Part shown: one piece after another, positions 54,716 through 58,287 of the stretch
Position numbering within the stretch: position 1 is the stretch's first letter
Layout of the letters: each line of letters starts with the position of its first letter
Source: an uncultured Candidatus Hydrogenedens sp.
GTDB lineage: Bacteria; Myxococcota; UBA4151
Assembly: GCA_902574205.1 (NCBI GenBank)
Contig: CACGMS010000003.1
Location: 1 to 58,287, forward strand
Reading direction: 5' to 3'
Length of the DNA stretch: 58,287 nt
Position numbers and translations under genes: made by a program
The notes under the pieces: model-generated
What the model saw: the letters and a program-made list of their open reading frames with translations, nothing else
Told to the model about the DNA's origin: nothing
Databases searched by the model: none

Positions 54716-56298
54716 GATGGTTCCTACTCGGTGTGCTCATCAGCACTCCTGTACACGCCTTGGAGGTCGCTGCTGAAATTGAGCCGGCTCCGGCACGTGC
54801 TGGTGAGCGTGTTCAGCTGACGCTTCGAGTCACGAGTAATTCAAGACAAGCGGTTAACGTTGAGGATTTGGGACTGGGTCGCTTTGTGCTGGTCTCCAAG
54901 GGGGGTTCAAGCAGCAGCACACAGATGACCTTTTCAGGTGGTCAACGCTCCGTCGTTCATTCCAGCGTGTTTCGGTTTGTATTACGAGCGCCGAAAAAGC
55001 CTGGCGATTATCCTCTGGGACCGGTCAAGGTGCGAGCCGGAACTCAAGCCGGACAGTCGGCTCAAGTGCCCGTGCGCGTGATCAGCTCATCGGCCAGTGT
55101 TCCTGCTACGAGTCGAGCTTCGGAAGACTTATTCGTCGATTTTACCGTCGATCCAGAAGAGCCTTATGTCGGTCAACAGTTTACGGTCACTGCGCATGTG
55201 TACAGCCGTGTTCGTCTCGAGGGTGTGGCTGACTTGGATTACCCTGAAGCGAACGGCGTGTGGTGGGAACAGCTTGAAAATCCCTCCCGCGCAGGCAGCG
55301 AGGTTGTGGTGTATTCAGGACGCAGATATCGACGTCATATGATCGGTCGTATTGCCGGTTTCGCAGAAAAATCTGGCGACTTAACCTTGAGCGGCGGTGA
55401 GGCGGTTGTTCAAGTTTTACAAGGCGACCGCTTCTTTGGTGGAATGACCGAAAAGACCTTGCAAGCCAATCCTGTTACCCTACGTGTCAAAGAATTGCCT
55501 GGGGGCGTACAACCCATACAAGTCGGTCGCTACAGAGTGCGTTACGGTTATATTCCCGATCGCCTTGAGCTGGGCGATGTCATTGAATTCAAAGTGACGG
55601 TAAAAGGGGAGGGTAACATCAAAGCGTTCCCATTGCCTGAAGTACGCTTGCCACCCGGTTTGCGAGGCTTTACGCCCAAGCGAGACGTGGTCATGAATGA
55701 GGACACTCCGCTCCTAGGAGGGACTTTGACCTGGGTGCTCCCCATTCAGGCTACCGTTCCGGGCAAGCATAGGCTTCCTGCGATGGTCGTGCGTTGGTTT
55801 AACCCTGACAAGATGGACATTCGAGAAACCCGGGTGGGACCTTTTGAATTCGAAGTGACCGGTACTCTGTCCAACCCGCTCGATGAACCCACTGCGGAAG
55901 CGACTCAAACTGAGTCATCTACACTGCGCGGACCCATCGGGAGTTTTCGTGCACGTCGACCCGCCTTATCGTGGCTAGCGGAGCGCTCGTGGTTACTCGG
56001 TTTGTTCGCACTGCTTGTTGTCCTGTGGTTACCTAGGCGTCAAATCCAGCAACAAACTGTGGAAGAACATCGTCGGGGTGAATTAGAATTGGCTCTCGAG
56101 CGTGCGTTAGGTGTTCCGGTGCGTGGTTTGGGTCGGGATGAGTTAATTGCTCAAGCAAAAAAGGCTTTGGGTCCTGATCGAGCTGAACATCTCAATGCAC
56201 AGCTTAGTGCGTTGGATGCGGCTACTTATGGTCCATCTGATCGAGCGGCTGAGGCCATGAAGGCTCGATTGGTGTCGTGGCTTGGTGAATCATCATGA
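54712..56298 (+). CDS. batD: BatD-like protein
   Basis: Signal peptide, repeated Ig-like BatD modules (PYVGQQ..V, VG.Y, V.GEGN), C-terminal TM. Confidence 0.82.
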   Translation: MRWFLLGVLISTPVHALEVAAEIEPAPARAGERVQLTLRVTSNSRQAVNVEDLGLGRFVLVSKGGSSSSTQMTFSGGQRSVVHSSVFRFVLRAPKKPGDYPLGPVKVRAGTQAGQSAQVPVRVISSSASVPATSRASEDLFVDFTVDPEEPYVGQQFTVTAHVYSRVRLEGVADLDYPEANGVWWEQLENPSRAGSEVVVYSGRRYRRHMIGRIAGFAEKSGDLTLSGGEAVVQVLQGDRFFGGMTEKTLQANPVTLRVKELPGGVQPIQVGRYRVRYGYIPDRLELGDVIEFKVTVKGEGNIKAFPLPEVRLPPGLRGFTPKRDVVMNEDTPLLGGTLTWVLPIQATVPGKHRLPAMVVRWFNPDKMDIRETRVGPFEFEVTGTLSNPLDEPTAEATQTESSTLRGPIGSFRARRPALSWLAERSWLLGLFALLVVLWLPRRQIQQQTVEEHRRGELELALERALGVPVRGLGRDELIAQAKKALGPDRAEHLNAQLSALDAATYGPSDRAAEAMKARLVSWLGESS

Positions 56299-56948
56299 TT
56301 CTTGCTTTGGTCATCATGGCGACGGCGCCACAGGAACGATTTGAAGCAGGCGACCCAGCCGCGGCGCTTCACCTGCTGGAGAAGGCGCCTCAGCCCAATG
56401 ATGCCGTTTGGCGCTACAACCGAGCCTTGAGTGCTCATGCTGCAGGGCGGTTAGGCAGAGCCATTGCAGACTACGAATGGATGACACTCAGAGACCCGGA
56501 GGATGATGCCGTACGCATCAACCGGTTACTGGCTCGCTTAGATCGCGGTGCAGGAGACGATGCGGAGCCCCCGCTGGGGCAGTTGGCTCGAATACCGCTT
56601 CGAACCCTTCTGGTTATTGCTTTGTTGACAGGGTTGATCGCGCTGCTGCGCCAGCGCGTTGGTGATGCGCTGTTTCGGGCAACGCGTATGGTGTGCAGCC
56701 TTTGCTTTGTGCTTTTGGTTTTTCATCAGTTGCTGCTTGTAGTGGACGACCGTGCGGTGGCCAAGCATGAAGGGGCACTGGTCGAGCGACCCGAGGCAAA
56801 TGCACGCAGTGTTCTTGAGATTCCTGAAGGAAACCTCTTAGATGTTGTTGAGCGGCAAGACGATTGGGTTCGTGTACGAACAGGTACTGGCGTTATGGGT
56901 TGGATGAGAAGCTCTGATTTGGTGAGCTTAGATGGAGTTGGGCGTTGA
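56295..56948 (+). CDS. batE: BatE-like TPR plus SH3 protein
   Basis: YN.AL.....G.LG.AIA.YE, P.D...R.N..L, two TMs, SH3 (EG..L.V.E...DWVRV.....GW). Confidence 0.78.
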   Translation: MILALVIMATAPQERFEAGDPAAALHLLEKAPQPNDAVWRYNRALSAHAAGRLGRAIADYEWMTLRDPEDDAVRINRLLARLDRGAGDDAEPPLGQLARIPLRTLLVIALLTGLIALLRQRVGDALFRATRMVCSLCFVLLVFHQLLLVVDDRAVAKHEGALVERPEANARSVLEIPEGNLLDVVERQDDWVRVRTGTGVMGWMRSSDLVSLDGVGR

Positions 56949-57742
56949 AGGTGTTTTGGATCGCTTCCTTGTGGTTAGCTCAGGTCAGTAACCCGATGCT
57001 CAATATGGAATCCGATGGGTTGGATCGCCAACCTGAGCGTATTGAGGCGGATCAAGAGACCGATCCCATCAAATATCGTCAAAAGGCAAAGAAACTCTAT
57101 GATCGGGCTCAGCAGTTGTTGGCTAATGAATTGGGTATTGAGGCGGCACAGAGCTTTCGAACAGTGATCGAAAAGTACCCCTTCTCTCGCTATGCGGTCC
57201 TGGCTGAACTTGGCCACGCTCAAGCCTTGGCCGCTCAAGGAGAAGCCGAGGGAGCGCTTGCTGGATTTACGCGATTTTTGAAGCAGCATCCGGGCCATCC
57301 TAAAACCGGTGACGTACGTTACGCGATTATTGAAACCAACTGGGCCGAGCGGCCAGGCGATTTTGCGTTGTTGCCGCCAGCTTATGAGCGCGACCTAGAA
57401 GATGCGCGAGCGACGGTCCTATCAGCCAATGCATTTCTTGAGTTTCATGCCGATGATAAGCGAGCCGGAAAGGTACGCAACATCAGAACGGCTGCCCGCA
57501 AGATGTTGTACCAACAAGCGGTTTTCCTCGCACATTGGACCGCAGATCAAGGTCGACATCACGCCGCGCTTGCTCGTTGGAAGGCTGCTCGACAAGAGTA
57601 TGCTGACTTTCCGACTACAGATCGAGACAAAGCTTGGCTCAAGATGGTTAAACAACTGACGAAGGCTCATCCGGTCGAGCGACCCCAAGAGCCGAAACTG
57701 TATCCGGAAGCTTCAGTTATGGCTAAGGAGCCTACACCATGA
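56945..57742 (+). CDS. bamD: Outer-membrane protein assembly factor BamD-like protein (no lipobox Cys)
   Basis: A...F..V..KYPFSRYA.LAEL, F.K.HP.HP, P...ERD...AR, LY....F.A..Y-like helix, AA..R. Confidence 0.75.
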   Translation: MKVFWIASLWLAQVSNPMLNMESDGLDRQPERIEADQETDPIKYRQKAKKLYDRAQQLLANELGIEAAQSFRTVIEKYPFSRYAVLAELGHAQALAAQGEAEGALAGFTRFLKQHPGHPKTGDVRYAIIETNWAERPGDFALLPPAYERDLEDARATVLSANAFLEFHADDKRAGKVRNIRTAARKMLYQQAVFLAHWTADQGRHHAALARWKAARQEYADFPTTDRDKAWLKMVKQLTKAHPVERPQEPKLYPEASVMAKEPTP

Positions 57743-58287
57743 CCGCTCATCAACTTCGCTTTATCAGTGGTAAATACCAAGGCGGTAGCTATCCATTATC
57801 TGATGGTGATCAAGTGGTGATGGGTCGGGGGATGGATGCTGGATTGACCCTTTTTGAGGAGATGGTCAGTCGTCATCATGCGCGGTTTAGTGTCGAAGAC
57901 GGCGTAGTGGTTGTCGAAGATCTCGGCTCGAAAAATGGTACTTTTGTCAACGGCGAGCGAGTTGAGCGACGTGAGCTTGCTGTCGGTGATCGTATTTTGA
58001 TGGGGACATCGATTCTTCGCCTTGAGGAAGGGAGTTCGGGCGACGCGGTTGAGGAATCAGTCGTTGTGGCTTCAGCTGCGGCGGTCGCCGAGTTAGAGCC
58101 CGACGAGGCCGAACAGGCAGCAGCTCTGGAAACCATGGTTCCTTCGATGGATGATCTCGATGATCTCGATTTTGATGAGTCAAGCTTGACCGCAACCACG
58201 GTTGCAGCGGTCTTGGGAGCCAAGTCTGCAGCGGACGGGGCGGTTTCTGAAGAGGTTGAGGCGGTCGAAGCGGACGAAGCAGTCGAA
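57739..58287 (+). CDS. FHA domain protein, 3'-truncated by the window edge (absent from the ORF track)
   Basis: AAGGAG RBS and ATGA overlap; MTAHQLRFISGKYQGG...MGRG...MVSRHHA...DLGSKNGTFVNG...GDRILMGTSIL, then an acidic linker open to the end. Confidence 0.88.
   Translation, partial: MTAHQLRFISGKYQGGSYPLSDGDQVVMGRGMDAGLTLFEEMVSRHHARFSVEDGVVVVEDLGSKNGTFVNGERVERRELAVGDRILMGTSILRLEEGSSGDAVEESVVVASAAAVAELEPDEAEQAAALETMVPSMDDLDDLDFDESSLTATTVAAVLGAKSAADGAVSEEVEAVEADEAVE

Noticed and set aside
1-58287. CRISPR arrays, tRNA/rRNA, IS/transposase, integrase, prophage or defence genes
   Set aside because: No regularly spaced direct repeats, cloverleaf signatures, terminal inverted repeats or recombinase motifs found by eye.

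Overview
A gene-dense, mostly chromosomal-core window. Gene content points (by inference) to a Myxococcota-like deltaproteobacterium: myxobacterial-type SctR, FHA proteins, DUF1844, Cys-repeat lipoproteins and an RpoH-family sigma. Housekeeping blocks are ddl-xseA-xseB-dxs, ftsE-ftsX-envC-S41 protease, class II RNR nrdJ, arfB, alaS, a 10-gene Mrp/Mnh Na+/H+ antiporter operon, an rpoH-like gene and moxR-DUF58-batA/B/D/E-bamD. The most interesting region is a co-directional 8-gene block (25341->11917, minus strand). It joins a catalytically dead 5'-nucleotidase fused to an outer-membrane beta-barrel and a ~2120-aa lipoprotein with ~15 Ig-like repeats to a stripped-down type III export module (FliK/SctP-like, SctQ with an internal RBS, FliO, SctR/S/T; no SctU/V/N/J, needle or hook genes in the window). 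About 5 kb away is a solitary flagellin with a sigma28-type promoter, two CsrA-type ANGGA sites and its own terminator. The gap between sctT and ftsE holds a 16/17 match to the Myxococcus LexA box and an unannotated 42-aa ORF behind a structured leader. No tRNA, rRNA, CRISPR array or mobile element was seen. All family assignments are by eye from motifs; no database search was run.
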